Shown here piece after piece: positions 11,801 to 25,262 of a stretch of DNA of 64,000 bases (its first letter is position 1; every line of letters begins with the position of its first letter). The notes below the pieces were generated by a model that was not told where the DNA came from, did not search any database, and saw only the letters and a program-made list of their open reading frames with translations. The position numbers were made by a program, and so were the translations under genes. The DNA comes from Mobula birostris (lineage: Eukaryota), in assembly GCF_030028105.1 (NCBI RefSeq), contig NC_092393.1, forward strand, positions 23,787,825-23,851,824, given 5' to 3'.

Positions 11801-13692
11801 GAGATCTTTTGTAGCAAACAGAACAAAGCTGCACTTTTACCAAATTTTGTCATTGAAATCCTTGACCTTTCAGATGTCAGTAATCTATTTCCCACAATGT
11901 GCCATCCATTCCCAGCATAAATTTCACTATAACTTACCAGCTTTGATTATGAAATTGTTTTCCCCCAAAAGTTCCTAGGTTTCCTTCTACATTGCATATA
12001 AACTGTGTATAAGTACTGAAGTCAGCCTCCTTAACTTTTAAAATAAATTCACCTGAACTATAATAAAACGCATCATCCCATAACATTCTCCTCTCAACAA
12101 ATTTCAGACTTCTGCCAAAAGGTAACTATTGATGTCCTTCAGCTTTTAATTTAAAGAAGCCATATTCTAAAATTATTAAATAAATCTGTGTATTTAAGAA
12201 AAATCAGAAGATACACGTCTTAGTAAAATGCCATTTTCATCCTCAACACCAAATATTCAAGATTTACCACATTTGGATACCCACAAATTAATAGATGACT
12301 AGTTTCTTTCACAGTGCACAGAGTCTAGATGAATATTCTTATAGCTATGTATTCACATTCAGAGATCAAATAAGAGCCTGAGAGAAATGTTAAATCGATA
12401 ATTAACTTTACCCTTTTATAAAGGCAATGAATGACATGTTTAGTCATCTTCCTCCAAAAATTAAACAGAAAGATTCAGGATCAAAATTACACAGAAGAGT
12501 CCTTTTGCAGTCCTTTGATTTGTGCCAATTTATTTTAAATTGCTGGGCATTTACCTTACAAAGACCATCTGAGAGAAACCAAATTGGATTTCTAAATTAC
12601 ATATCTTAAACATTGTTGATTGATATTTACTGCAAAATTAATAATATATAATAGTATATAAAGGATAAATTAATTCTGACAAAGATCATTGACCTGTGGC
12701 ATTAAACACACATTTCTCTGTCTATTGTTTCTGCCTGAACTGCAGACCATTTCAATCACTTTCTGGGTCTCATTCCTAATTTACAGGATCTACTGAACTG
12801 TATCTTTTACTTCAAAGGAGACTGGTCAGGATTCAAATTCCAGAAACAAGGTATAGTAAAAATAAGATTGTGATAATGCTCCTGACATCAAGATGCCAAT
12901 TCCTAATTGTAAACTATTGGTCAAGATTTTTTTTTATACTGTTTAGTACTGTTCAAAGATTAAATTAGTGTACAAGAAATAATGTGACTAAAATCATCAT
13001 TCCAATTTGCAAATGGGATTGTCATATACCCATTGAAGTTTAAAGCATTCTAACAAATAAATTCAGATCATTGTTATTCTAGATACAAAATTAATCCATG
13101 GCAAGCAATTTGAAGACTGCATCCTTTCCAGCACAATAGAATTTTGTTATAGATTAACTTTTATTGTTAAAACTGAAACAATCAAGCTAAACATACACCT
13201 ACTGTAATTTCCCTTCACTCTGCGCTTAAACCTAACTAAAACAATATTGGCAAGTTTTCTATTGCTGCAAACAATATGCCATTTTTAATCAAGCATTAAA
13301 TCTACACTTCAGGTTGTTATTTAATTTGTGATTTGTATAAATTTTGCTAACAAAGCTTTTAAAAATAAATTATCTGTTCACTTACATAATAATTGCACTT
13401 TATAAACTTATGCCTGATGTATTCTTGGTAGGAACTGCTTAGCAAAACCTTTATGCTACAGCAAGAGCTATCCCATATACACACCATGTGCTGCAACTTC
13501 ATTAGGCTGCCACACCCTCTTCAAGCAAACTCTTCATAATAAGTGGATTGTTCACCTGGTTCAATTCACTACAAAAATTATAATTTAAACAAAATTCAGC
13601 TCCATATACCTCATAGTAAAAGAGATCCCCAGATGGTCTGTTGCTTCCTAGGATGTCTCAGATTGGTCCTTTTAAGAGGAAGGGTTTTAAAA

Positions 13693-13910
13693 AATTTATT
13701 TATTTTTAAGTGTGTTGTACCAGACATTCAGCCATTTAACCGGGTCACGTTATGAACACTCCTGACTCGACCCTTGTATTTTTTACAAGGCCAAGTGGCT
13801 AGCTCAACACTCAACCCGGCACGGATGGAAAGGGGGTGGCCTGACCTGGATTTGAACTCGGGAACCTTCGCTCCGGAGTCCGGCACTGATCTCACACTGC
13901 GCCACCAGCC
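13693..13910 (-). mobile_element. tRNA-derived SINE
   Basis: Minus-strand head GGCTGGTGGCGCAGTG (A box) and GAGTTCAAATCC (B box), with an A-rich tail. Confidence 0.8.
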
Positions 13911-15230
13911 ATCATGGTACACATTGTTACCAATAACGTTAGTAAGAAAAGGGATGAGGTCCCAAAGAGCAAATACAAGGAGCTACATAGGAAGCTAAAA
14001 AGCAGATTCAGTACATGGAACCATAATATTTTGGTCATTTATAGAGATACAACTGTCACAATGGCTGCTGGATGTTCCAGGGAATAAATATTTCAGAAGT
14101 AACAGGGAGGGAGGTAAACAAGGTTGGGGAGTGGCATTGCTAATCAGGGATAGTATCACAGCTCTTGGAAGGGAGGACGCCATGGAAGGATCGTCTATGG
14201 ACTTTCAGGGACAGTTACCACAATACCTTGACCTTCAGCACAAACTTGGACGGCGATAGGAGCAGATAGTATGGAAAAATATTTAATCAAGGGAGGGAAA
14301 ATTATGATCTACTAGGCAGGAACCTGGGAGTGTAAATTGGGAAAAGATGCACTCAGAGAAAGGTGGAGGTTGTTTAGGGAGCACTTGCATGGGTCTGGAT
14401 ACGTTTGTGCCATTGAGGCAAGGAAAGGGTGGTAGGGTGAAGAAACCATCTAGTCAGAAGGAAGAAAGCTTACCTAATCTTTAGTTAGGAAGGATCAGAT
14501 AGGGCACTTGAGAGGAGGAGGTTATAAGAAGGGACTTAGCTAGAAGGGGACTTGCCAAGGCCTTGGCAAGTAGGATTAAGGAAAATCCCAAGGTGTTCTA
14601 CATGCACATCAAAAATAGCAGGATGATTAGAGTGAGGGTAGGACCAATCAGGGATAAAAGAGAAAACTTGTGCCTGGAGACAGTAGGGGTAGAGGAGCTC
14701 CTTAATAAATACCTTGTTGCAGTATTTGCCAGTGAAAGGAACCTTGATGAATCAGAGAACAGCATAGAACAGGTTAATATGCTGGAACATGTGGCGCTAA
14801 GCAAGATGTTGTGCTTGGAACTCTTGTAAGAAAGAAATTAGGATAGACAAATCCCCACGGCCAAATGGGATATACTCCAGATTACTATGGGAAGCAAGGG
14901 AAGAAAATGTTGCAGCTTTGGTGATCTTTGTGGCTGACTGGCCTCATGAGTAGTACTAAAAAAACTGGAGGGTGGCAAATGGTAATCCTTTTTTCGAACG
15001 AGGTAACAGGGATAAGTTGGGAATTATAGACTGGCAAGTCTTGTCAGTGGTGGGCAACCCATTGGAGAGGACTCCTAGAGACGGGATTTATAAGCGTTTG
15101 GAGAAGCACAATTTCCTATGTATAGTCAATATGGCTTTGTGAGGGGCAGGTCGTTCCTCATAAACTTAATTGCATTTTTTGAGGAAGTGGCAAAGCAGAT
15201 TAATGAAGGTAGAGCAGTGATTGTGAAGTA

Positions 15231-15774
15231 CACTCAGTGGCCACTTTATTAGCTAAACCTAAATACCTGCTCATTAATGCAAATATCTAATCAACCAATC
15301 CTGTGGCAGCAACTCAATGCATAAAAACATGCTAGCATGGTTAACAGGTTCAATTGTTGTTCAGAACAAACATCAAAATGGGGAAGAAAGAAAATTATGT
15401 GACTTTAACTGTAGAATGATTGTTGGTGCCAGAACGGGGCTGTTTGATTATTGCAAAAACTGATCTCCTGGGATTTTCCACACAGAACAGTCTCTAGAGT
15501 TTACAGAGGATGGTGTGAGAAACAAAAAATATCCAATGAACAGCAGTTTGGTGGATGAAAACACTTTATTAATGAGAGAAGTCAGAGAGGATTCGCCAGA
15601 CTAGTTCAAGTTGACAGGAAGGCAACAGTTACTCAAATAACTACGCATTATGTGCAGAAGAGCATCTCTGAATGCACAACGCCTTGTACTTTGAAATCTA
15701 TCGGCTATAGCCGCAGAAGACCACAAACATGTATTCAGTGGCCACCTTTTAGGTTCAGGAGAGGCTAATGAATG
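15231..15774. mobile_element. Non-autonomous Tc1-like element inserted in CR1
   Basis: Starts TA|cactcagtggccactttattag. Internal copy ttcagtggccacctttt near the right end. CR1 RT resumes at ta-cttggatttcagtaagg. Right TIR eroded. Confidence 0.7.
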
Positions 15775-16251
15775 TACTTGGATTTCAGTAAGGCATTTGA
15801 TCAGGTTTTCCAAGTTAGCCTAATTCAGAAAAGTTGGAAGAAATAGGATCCAGAGAAATTTGGCTGTGTGTATTCGGAACTGGCTTGCCCACAGAAGGCA
15901 GAGGGTGGTAGTAGTTGGAGTGTGTTCTGCCTGGAGTTCGGTGTTCTGCTGGGATCTGTTCTGAGACCCCCGCTCTTTGATTTTTTTTTTTTTTAAAATG
16001 ATTTGGATGAGGAAGTGGAAGTGCAGGTTAGCAAGTTTGCAGATGAAATGAAGGTTGCAGTGTGTAGAAGGTTTTAGTGGGTTACAATGTGACATTGATA
16101 GGAGTAACTGAGAAGTGGCAAATGGAGTTCAATTGGAAAAGTGTGAAGTGATCCACTTTGGAAGGTTAAACTTGGAAGGCAGAGAACAGGGTTAATGGCA
16201 GAATTCTTGTTAGTGAGATGGAACAGAGGGATCTTGGGTTCCATGTCTACA

Positions 16252-16776
16252 CAAGGGGTGATTGATAAGTTCGTGGCCTAAGGTAGCAAGAGGCGATTTT
16301 AGAAAACCTAGCACATTTATTTTTCAACATAGTCCCCTCCAACATTTACACACTTAGTCCAGCGGTCATAGAGCATACAGATCCCTTCTTTGTAGAAGTT
16401 GGCGTCTTGGACCTCCAGAAAGTGGTCCACAACAAGGGTGATTGATAAGTTCGTGGCCTAAGGTAGAAGGAGATGAGGTATACAGCTCCCGTTACATGCA
16501 CGTGCAGTTCAACTCTGAGTGAAAGTGCAGAAAGTTTGAAGTTAATCACTTATCTTCTTCTACCTTAGGCCACGCATTTGTCAATCACCCCTGCTGTGGA
16601 CCACTTTCTGGAGGTCCATGAACGCCGACTTCTACAAAGAAGGGATCCGTATGCTTCACGACCACTGGACTAAGTGTGTAAATGTAGGAGGGGACTATGT
16701 TGAAAAATAAATGTGCTAGGTTTTCTAAAATTGACTCCTTCTACCTTAGACCAACAAACTTATCAATCACCCCTCG
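16252..16776. mobile_element. Mariner-like palindromic MITE inserted in CR1
   Basis: Inverted arms of about 220 bp, caaggggtgattgataagttcgtggcctaagg ... cttatcaatcacccctcg|TA, each with an internal second copy of the terminal motif. Confidence 0.85.
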
Positions 16777-17690
16777 TAGATCCTTCAAAGTTGCTGTGAA
16801 ATTTGAAAGGATGGTTAAGACACATGGTTTAGCTGGTTAGGGGCCTTTCTTTAGTTAGGGGACTGAGTTCAAGAGCTGCAAGGTAAAATTGGTTGCCTCA
16901 ATTTTGGAAGGAAGTTGAAGCTTCAGAGAGGGTACAGAGGAGATTTACCAGGACGCTGCCTGAATTAGACAGCATGTCTCATGAAGGAAGGGTGAGCAAG
17001 CTAGGCCTTTTCTCTTTGGCATGAAGGAGGATGAAAGTTGACTTGATAAAGTTGTATAAAATGATAGGAGACATAGATTGAAGGGGACAGTAGCATCTTT
17101 TCCCAGGGTGCAAATAGCTAAAACAATTTTAAGGTGATTGAAGGAAAGTAATGGGTGGGTGTCAGAGGTAGTTGTTTTTTTAAAAATTTACACACAGAAG
17201 CGGGTGCATGGAATGTGCTACCAAGCATGATTGTACATATGTGTTAAGGATATTTAAGAGACTCTTAGGTAGACATATGGATGAAAGAAAAATGGAGTGT
17301 TATGCGGGAGGGAAGCATTAGTTTGATTTTGCAGTCGGTTAAAAGAAAAGTTGTGGGCTGAAAGGAGTCTACAGTGCTGCACTGTTCTATGTTCTAGTAC
17401 TTCACAGATTTCCAGAGGGTATATCTGTTCCAAATCAACCACTTAGGACAAGTACCAGTACAACCTGATGAAATGTGTCCTTAGCCACCACCATGCCTGA
17501 CAACTCCAGACAACAGTAATGCCAGCTACCCACATTTCATGATGAAATTCCTGCATAATAAGGCATTTTTCTGCAATGGCATAACCACTTAGTGGGAGTC
17601 TGGCATCCTTGATTGACCATTTCCTCTGTGTGGCTCTGAATTGGGTTTTTACAACAATCTTATCAGCACATAGTCATAATTATGATAATA

Positions 17691-17921
17691 AAAACAACAG
17701 GAATTCTGCAGATGCTGGAAATTCAAGCAACACACATGAAAGTTGCTGGTGAACGCAGCAGGCCAGGCAGCATCTGTAGGAAGAGGTACAGTCGACGTTT
17801 CAGGCTGAGACCCTTTGTCAGGACGTCCTGACAAAGGGTCTCGGCCTGAAACGTCGACTGTACCTCTTCCTACAGATGCTGCCTGGCCTGCTGCGTCCAC
17901 CAGCAACTTTCATGTGTGTTG
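17691..17921. mobile_element. Penelope-derived palindromic element with 16-bp TSD; hammerhead cores mutated (CTGACAA) on both arms
   Basis: Arms meet at ggacgtcc with no spacer. TSD cataattatgataata at 17675-17690 and cataactatgataata at 17922-17937. Confidence 0.9.
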
Positions 17922-20454
17922 CATAACTATGATAATATGGTTTCATTGTAGATTTATATTTTCTTAGCAAATGAAATTCCCCAACTCCTCTGGTGGAATT
18001 CTATTTCCTGTCTGTTACTAATCCAGTAGCAAGTTTTACCTTTTGTTACTATTTTAATAAGGACATCAACCCTCTTAATTATATTTATAGTCTCATTTGC
18101 AATTTAACCTCTGTCATCCAAGCTACTCTTACAAAAGAAATGTCATTAATTTTTCATGTAGTTTCTATACCCCAATTTATTGATGTTACAGGATTATGCA
18201 GCTACTAATAAAACAATATTCATGCAGTACCAAAGTACTGGAAGCTCTAGAGCAGCAAAAAAAAAATTATAAATATTTATGACATCACCACGTCAATAAA
18301 AGATATAAATAGAAAAGAATGCTTGACACCCTGGTGCAAAACTCCTTATGTTGTTTACTTCAGAGTCCATATCCAAACTGATAGCCAGAAAGCTTTCATT
18401 ATAAAGTTACCCATTATAAAGTCACTCCATTTCATAAACAATTTTTCTGCCAACCCATTTACAGACATTTCCTGAGCTCCTAATTCAGCTGGGTTTGCTC
18501 AGTTGATATCAGCCATGTGGAGCTGCAATAGAAAATACGCAATTTGGCAGTTTGCTTTCTTTCCAGTACTAGCAGCTGAGAGATCATGTCTAATGAGAAC
18601 ATTTAACCAAAATAGCAGCACTGAAAGTGGAAAAAGAAGCACCGAATCCAAAAACCATTTCTTCCATTTTTTAAAAACTGAACCTTTTAAGTTGATTGGA
18701 TATGCATCAACAATCTGTCATTAACTTGCCCCTGTACCTATTTTAATGCCAATAGTCAGAAGAGAAGTGGACATGATAGTTAAGTCCTTATTGATCATTA
18801 CATCCACGACTGGATATTCAAGACTATTTTAGCTGTATTCAATTAGTTAGCAAACATGGCAATTTAATAATTACAAGCTTAGGATCCAAAAGAATATTAC
18901 AGCAGAATGCAGCCTATTCCACCTGATGCCTGAGCTTTCTGCACTCAGCACTGAGTGCTAGCATTTCCTCTAGGTTGGCAGAATTGTGTTTCAAATATAA
19001 AGGAAAGGTAGTGTACACATCTTGTTGTCACTGAAAGGTTTCTTGTTCCTCACGGAAAGGATTCTGCTCGTTCATAATTGTACACACTCAAAGGATCATT
19101 TTCAAAGTAAACTCAACTTATGTGGAGGGCAGTAGTGGGCCAGCAGCGTATTGATGCAAAGTCCTATAATCTAGTATTTTTTTTTGCTGACTTTTGGAGA
19201 TAAAGAGACTTGAAGTAAATTAGTTCAGGGAGAGCTGAAGATTCAATTCATGGTTCTAGGACCACAAAATGTGTATCTGGTAATGATACTGCATAGAGCA
19301 AAAATATTTCCATTTCAGTAGCAAGTGCTCAATTCAATTTTAGATTGTTAGCATTGATACTGTTCCTTCCTCCCTCTTTCCATGCTTAGTTTCTCTCCCT
19401 CTTCTTTCCTTTATCTGTCACACACCCTCTGTAGTACCTGAGCAGGCATGACCAGCTATTCCAGGAACCTTGACAGAACAAATACTGCTTGCAGAGTTTA
19501 AGCTTATTTTACAGTAATTGGAGAGTCTCAGTTTTCTTTTGATAGCTAACTATTGTTTATGTATTGTTTCTTTCCTGGCTTTGCCCTTCATCAGTTGGAG
19601 ACTGGGATAAAGAAAAATCAAGGAGGAAACAACTTAAAGTTTCTTAAACTTGGAGTTCCTTAAAATAAGGTGCTGATGCCAAAACTGAAATTCTGAGTTT
19701 CCTAGTAATTTTAGTTTAGTGTGCCCTCCAATTTACTCAGGGGTGTGTTCCTAGAAAATTGTCCACAACACAACTTTCTACATGCAAACCCATTTTCCCC
19801 ACATTAAATCTCATATTACAAGTGTGGATACGTTCCCACAAGATTTCCTCTGAATAGTAATACAACATTGGTATACAGTCCACAGGCAACAAATCCGGAT
19901 CATAATGTAGACAAAGGAGTAATGTTGTTTTAATTGATTAGAAATGCACATTATATTTAACAAAGTATTATTGTACAATTGCCTAGACATTTTCTAAGCC
20001 AATATGTCCTCATGCTGACAGCAGGTCTGTGATTGTTATCTTTGGTCAACTAGTTCAATTCTCTGTATATTGTGTTTATTTAATTCTTTTCCCACTCAAA
20101 CAAATCAGCAAGCGCAGATTTTTAATCTGTACCTCAGTTTGTTTTTTTTTTTGCGTTTTCTGTACAGATGAGTGCCTATTGACTGAACTGATGTAACACA
20201 GGGGTGCGTTGGACTTATTTTGTTTGTAAAGTGTTGAGAATTAAATGGAGAAACATAAAGTATTCAAAAGTGACAGGCAGGTTACATTTAAAAATATCAA
20301 TATTTTACTATCAATAGCAAACTTCTTATTGGGCAAATGCAGTCAAAATTGCATTTAGGAGTGCTTAAAAAAACTTAACATTAGTTTACTTAAATTTAAT
20401 GATAAATAAAGCAACTTGAATGGCACCCCAAGAAATAATCACAATGACTCAAGG

Positions 20455-20630
20455 CAAACAAGAGAAAATCTGCAGATGCTAGAAACCCAAGCAACACACA
20501 AAATGCAGGTGGAACGCAGCAGGCCAGGCATCATCGAAAAGAGCCCTGCTGAAGGGTTTCGGCCTGAAACAGCAACTATACTCTTTTCCTAGATGCTGCC
20601 TGGCCTGCTGATTTCCTCCAGCATTTTGTA
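20455..20630. mobile_element. Penelope-derived palindromic element, older subfamily
   Basis: gagaaaatctgcagatgct...cagcaggccaggca, decayed core cctgctgaagggtttcggcctgaaac, inverted gatgctgcctggcctgctg. Confidence 0.8.
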
Positions 20631-20790
20631 ATAACGACTAAATGTTTTGCTTTATATTGTCACTATCTGACAAGTGTACGGGAAGTAGCAATAGAAGAGA
20701 AATAACACACAGCACCACAGAACTAAGGTCAAAATTTACAGCAAAAGGAAATAGTTTCTCAAGCTATCACCTTGTTCAATTGCAGAGATA

Positions 20791-22403
20791 CAGTGGCATG
20801 CAAACGTTTGGGCACCCCAGTCAAAATTTCTGTTACTGTGAATAGTTAAGTCAGTAGAAGATGAACTGATCTCCAAAAGTCAAAGTTAAAGATGAAACAT
20901 TCTTTTCAACATTTAAAGCAAGATTAGTGTATTATTTTTTGTTTTGTACAATTTTAGAGTGAAAAAAGGAAAGCAGCACCATGCAAAAGTTTGGGTACCT
21001 CAAGAGATTTGAGCTCTCGAATAATTTTTACCAAGGTCTCAGACCTTAATTAGCTTGTTAGGGCTATGGCTTGCTCACAGTCATCATTAGGAAAGGCCAA
21101 GTGATGCAAATTTCAAAGCTTTATAAATATCCTGACTCCTCAAACCTTGTCCTGACAATCAGCAGCCATGGGCTCCTCTAAGCAGCTGCTTAGCACTCTG
21201 AAAATTAAAATAAATGATGCCCACAAATCAGGAGAAGGCAATAAGAAGATAGCAAAGCGTTTTCAGGTAGCTGTTTCCTCAGTTCACAATGTAATTAAGA
21301 AATGGCAGTTAACAGGTACAGTGGAGGTCAAATTGAGTTCTGGAAGACCAAGAAAAGTTTCCGAGAGAACTGCTCGTAGGATTGCTAGAAAGACAAATCA
21401 AAACCCCCATTTGACTGCAAAAGATCTTCAGGAAGATTTAGCAGACTCTGGAGTGGTGGTACACTGTTCTACTGTGCAGCGACACCTGCACAAATATGAC
21501 CTCCATGGAAGAGTCATCAGAAAACCTTTCCTGCGTTCTCACCACAAAATTCAGCATCAGAAGTTTGCAAAGGAACATCTAAACAAGCCTGATGCATTTT
21601 GGAAACAAGTCCTGTGGACTGATGACGTTAAAATAGAACTTTTTGGCCACAATGAGCAAAGGTATGTTTGGAGAAAAAGGGTGCAGAATTTCATGAAAAG
21701 AACACCTCTCCAACTGTTAAGCGCGGGGGTGGATTGACCATGCTTTGGGCTTGTATTGCAGCCAGTGGCACAGGGAACATTTCACTGATAGAGGGAAAAA
21801 TGAATTCAATTAAATACCAGCAAATTCTGGAAGTAAACAACACACCCTCTGTAAAAAAGCTGCAGATGAAAAGAGGATGGCTTCTACAACAGGATAATGA
21901 TCCTAAACACACTTCAAAATCCACAATGGACTACCTCAAGAGGCGCAAGCTGAAGGTTTTGCCATGGCCTTCACAGTCCCCTGACCTAAACATCATTGAA
22001 AATCTGCGGATAGACCTCAAAAGAGCAGTGCGTGCAAGATGGCCCAAGAATCTCACAGAATTAGAAGCCTTTTGCAAGGAAAAATGGGTGAAAATCCCCC
22101 AAAGAACTGAAAGACTCTTAGCTGGCTACAGAAAGTGTTTACAGGCTGTGATACTCGCCAAAGGGGGTGTTACTAAGTACTGACCATGCAGGGTGCCCAA
22201 CCTTTTGCATCGGGCCCTTTTCCTTCTTTGTTATTTTGAAACTGTAAAAGATGGAAATAAAAAAGTAATCTTGACTTAAAATATTAAAGAAATATGTCAT
22301 CTTTAACTTTATGCCTTTTGGAAATCAGGTCATCTTTTACTCGCTTAGCTCTTCACAGTAACAGAAATTTTGACCGGGGTGCCCAAACTTTTACATGCGA
22401 CTG
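20791..22403 (+). mobile_element. Full-length Tc1 (DD34E) DNA transposon with IR/DR-type long TIRs
   Basis: TA|cagtggcatgcaaacgtttgggcacccc ... ggggtgcccaaacttttacatgcgactg|TA. TIRs of about 210 bp with inner repeats near 20980-21000 and 22190-22210. Confidence 0.96.
21168..22183 (+). pseudogene. Tc1 transposase broken by one frameshift
   Basis: Paired-like HTH, GRPRK, WTDD, QQDNDPKH and SPDLNIIE motifs with 34 residues between the second D and E. Frameshift in the A-run near 21672-21678. Confidence 0.93.
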
Positions 22404-23194
22404 TACATTTGCAGACCCTGAAGGCACAGTAACCAAGTTTTAACTTAAACCTGGCCCTAATTGAAATATATTAGAGGCCTTCATGCATTAGGAGCAACTT
22501 ATTTACAGCCTGTATGAACTGGCATTTGGGTGACCGGCAGGATGCATTTGTTAACTCCTTGGGCTGCAGGCATTTTCTGCTGCCTGGGAACTTGATATTT
22601 GGCCGCATTTCTGACTTGCAACAGTCTGGGTTAAAAATGGTTTGTAGAAATGGAATCCCACCGTAACTAGGAGAAGACCTGTAAACTGAAATTATTTTGA
22701 AATTTGCAAAAATTTTAACTTGGGAATTTTATTGTTGAATGTAAAATGATCATTTCAATTTTCTAATTTGATATCCTCACAGAATTTCCACAGGAAATTT
22801 AAATTAAATTGTTATACTGAGTATGGAGTATTTCCATTACTTCCATGCACAAACCAAAATACTCAAACTAAAGTGAATTTGATAAGATTTTTGAATTACT
22901 TACTGATTACATTGTTGAATCATATTTAAACAAATGCCAAAAATTCAAAGTAATTCTGTATGAGCATAAATTTTGACATTTCATTTTGTGTATAATATCT
23001 AACAGATTTTTAAAAAGATTGCCAGGAGTTTTGAGAAAATATGATAGTCCTAAATATTTAACAACCTTCATCACAAAACTACACATGATGTGTGAATATT
23101 TCGTTCTACACGACTTGAAATATAAATATTATTCATTGATAATTAAAAAATTAGACCTTGCAATACAAATTTTAGCAGAGATAATGACTTAAAC

Positions 23195-23668
23195 ATACAA
23201 TGGTGCAATGGAGTTTGATGCTGATAGACTTCCCAGGATGCGCTGGGACACATTACCATCTGATGTTTCCAGTCTTTCAACATGAGTTGCTCTCATCCAG
23301 GCGACCCAGCCAGGGTTGATCATGTCCCGGCTTGTGTCTCAGCAGCACTGGTCCATAGGTCACGACTCTTGATCCTCAGCCAACTGGAGGCTCATTCAGC
23401 AGCCACTGTGATGGTCCTGATGGCAATCCCCATAATGCCAAAGAGAGATTAGTTTCTGCACAGCGAGCATCCAACAAGATCTCTACACCCCACCTCTATA
23501 GGCTCGCATCGTGCTTTCCATCCCTGTCTCTGGCAGTGCTCTACCAGCTCTTGCTATCTGGCTATCTTACGTTCAAAGACTCCTCAATTTGGTCTTCTCA
23601 AGGAACTGTCAGTTCTACCATGACCACTTGCTTTGAGATTTCTGACAGAATGACCATGTCAGTTCTAT
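23195..23668 (-). mobile_element. 3' fragment of a restriction-like-endonuclease non-LTR retrotransposon (HERO/NeSL-like)
   Basis: Minus strand translates DMVILSEISKQVVMVELTVP*EDQIE and RQGWKARCEPIEVGCR, a PD-(D/E)xK-type endonuclease remnant. Confidence 0.75.
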
Positions 23669-24469
23669 GATTTTCAGTTTATTAAAAGATTAAATTAACA
23701 GGCAGCATAAGAGTTCAAAGTAAAGGAGGTTGTAATAGTACAAAGATTTTCATGACACGCACAATAGTTTCTCAATTATTCACTGACTTTTACAACTGTT
23801 AATTAATTTATTAACTAAGATGATCTTTTGGCCACCAAGTTCATAGCATTCCTCCTTTCTTTTTGTGGAGACCACCCTACCATGAGTTGCTGAAAGGCAC
23901 ACTTAAAGTTGCAGAAGAGCTCATTAACCAAAGTTTACATTGCTTACTCCAGAGTCTCTATCTATGAATGCAAAAATTACTTGGATGAAGCAGCCAGAAG
24001 CAGGCTCAAAAATAACAACTGGTTCGGAATTTTTTTAAACTCAGTTACGTAATTCCTGCATGGTTGCATCCGTTTTGAAACGTTTGTGCTATTTTTACTA
24101 TTACATTCCGGACAGCATCAACTTCCTCATGGCAAACAGCTTTTTCATTTAAACATATTTGCATCTTTCTATTAACTATGAACACACTTGGAGACGCGGG
24201 AGTCAACTTGCTCAATACAAATGTGGCCAGGTTCAATAGCTGCCGATGTTATGATGTGTCCCTGTTCAACTTGCCTTTCTAAAGCAAAATGGGAAAATGC
24301 TGAATCCTTTCAATTATAATTCTCAATCACCTACAGTGGATTAGTTAATTTCATAGCTTTTCCATTTGACATTGGATTGTTGGTTTTCCTCTTTAGTGCT
24401 GTGGCAAACAGGTTTCCACCTGAAAGCCAGCAATAGAAATATTGTGAGCCAGAGAGTTATGAGACAGGC

Positions 24470-24749
24470 ACTCTGACATATCTAGCCCGTGATGACTATT
24501 AATCTACCTAGTTCCATCAACTTACACCTGGACCATAGGCCTCCATACTACTCCCATCCAAAATTCTCTTAAATGCGACATTGAACCCAAATCCACCACT
24601 TGCACTGGCAACATGTTCCACTCTCTCACGACCCTCTGAGTGAAGATCTCTCTCATGTTCCCCTTAAATATTCCAGCTCTAACCCTTAACCCATAACTGC
24701 TAGCTCTAGTCTCATCCAACCTCAGTGGAAAAAGCCTGTTTACATTTGA
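24470..24749 (-). mobile_element. Old CR1 3' fragment, host of the nested cluster; continues at about 32003-32040
   Basis: FTQRVVREWN motif. Sequence breaks at aaaagcctgtttacatttga and resumes as tatctatactcctcaattttgtatacctctatcaa. Confidence 0.75.
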
Positions 24750-25262
24750 ACAGCAGCCAATCAGCAACTGGGAGCGTCAGAAGATGTAGCTTACTCAGGT
24801 TCACCAATTTAGTGCAGAAGGCATCAATTTGGCAGCTTGGCATTTAAACAGTGGCCAATCAGCGACTGGGATTGATTGGTGACAAAAAAAATAACATAGG
24901 GCAAGTGGAGTGGTCATTGTTTGAGTGGATATGTTAGAGTGGTCATTTGAGGCTCTTTAAGGCTTCAGTGAGAACAGGCTTGAGTGAGAGAAGGTGAAAA
25001 AGCTATAGGTAGATTTTCCCCCCCAAGTTTATTTGTTTCCTTCTTTATATTTGCAGAGTTAGAACAATAGGGATGCTAGGCAGGATAGTCGCATGCACTT
25101 ACTGCAGGATGTGGGAAGGCAGGGAAACCTCGGTGTCCCTGATGACTTCACCTGCAAGAAGCGCATCCAGCTGCACTACGCATTAAGGAATTGGAGCTGG
25201 AACTGGTTGAACTCCAGATCATTTGAAGGCTGAGGGGGTGATAGATAGGACATAGAGAGGTA

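Larger units (their letters stand above)
13935..17395 (+). mobile_element. Degenerate CR1 LINE (ORF2), interrupted by two DNA transposon insertions
   Basis: GGKQGWGVALLI (endonuclease), LASRIKENPKVFY, YLDFSKAFD and LASKFAD-like remnants, ending in a tgttctatgttcta tail. Confidence 0.88.
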
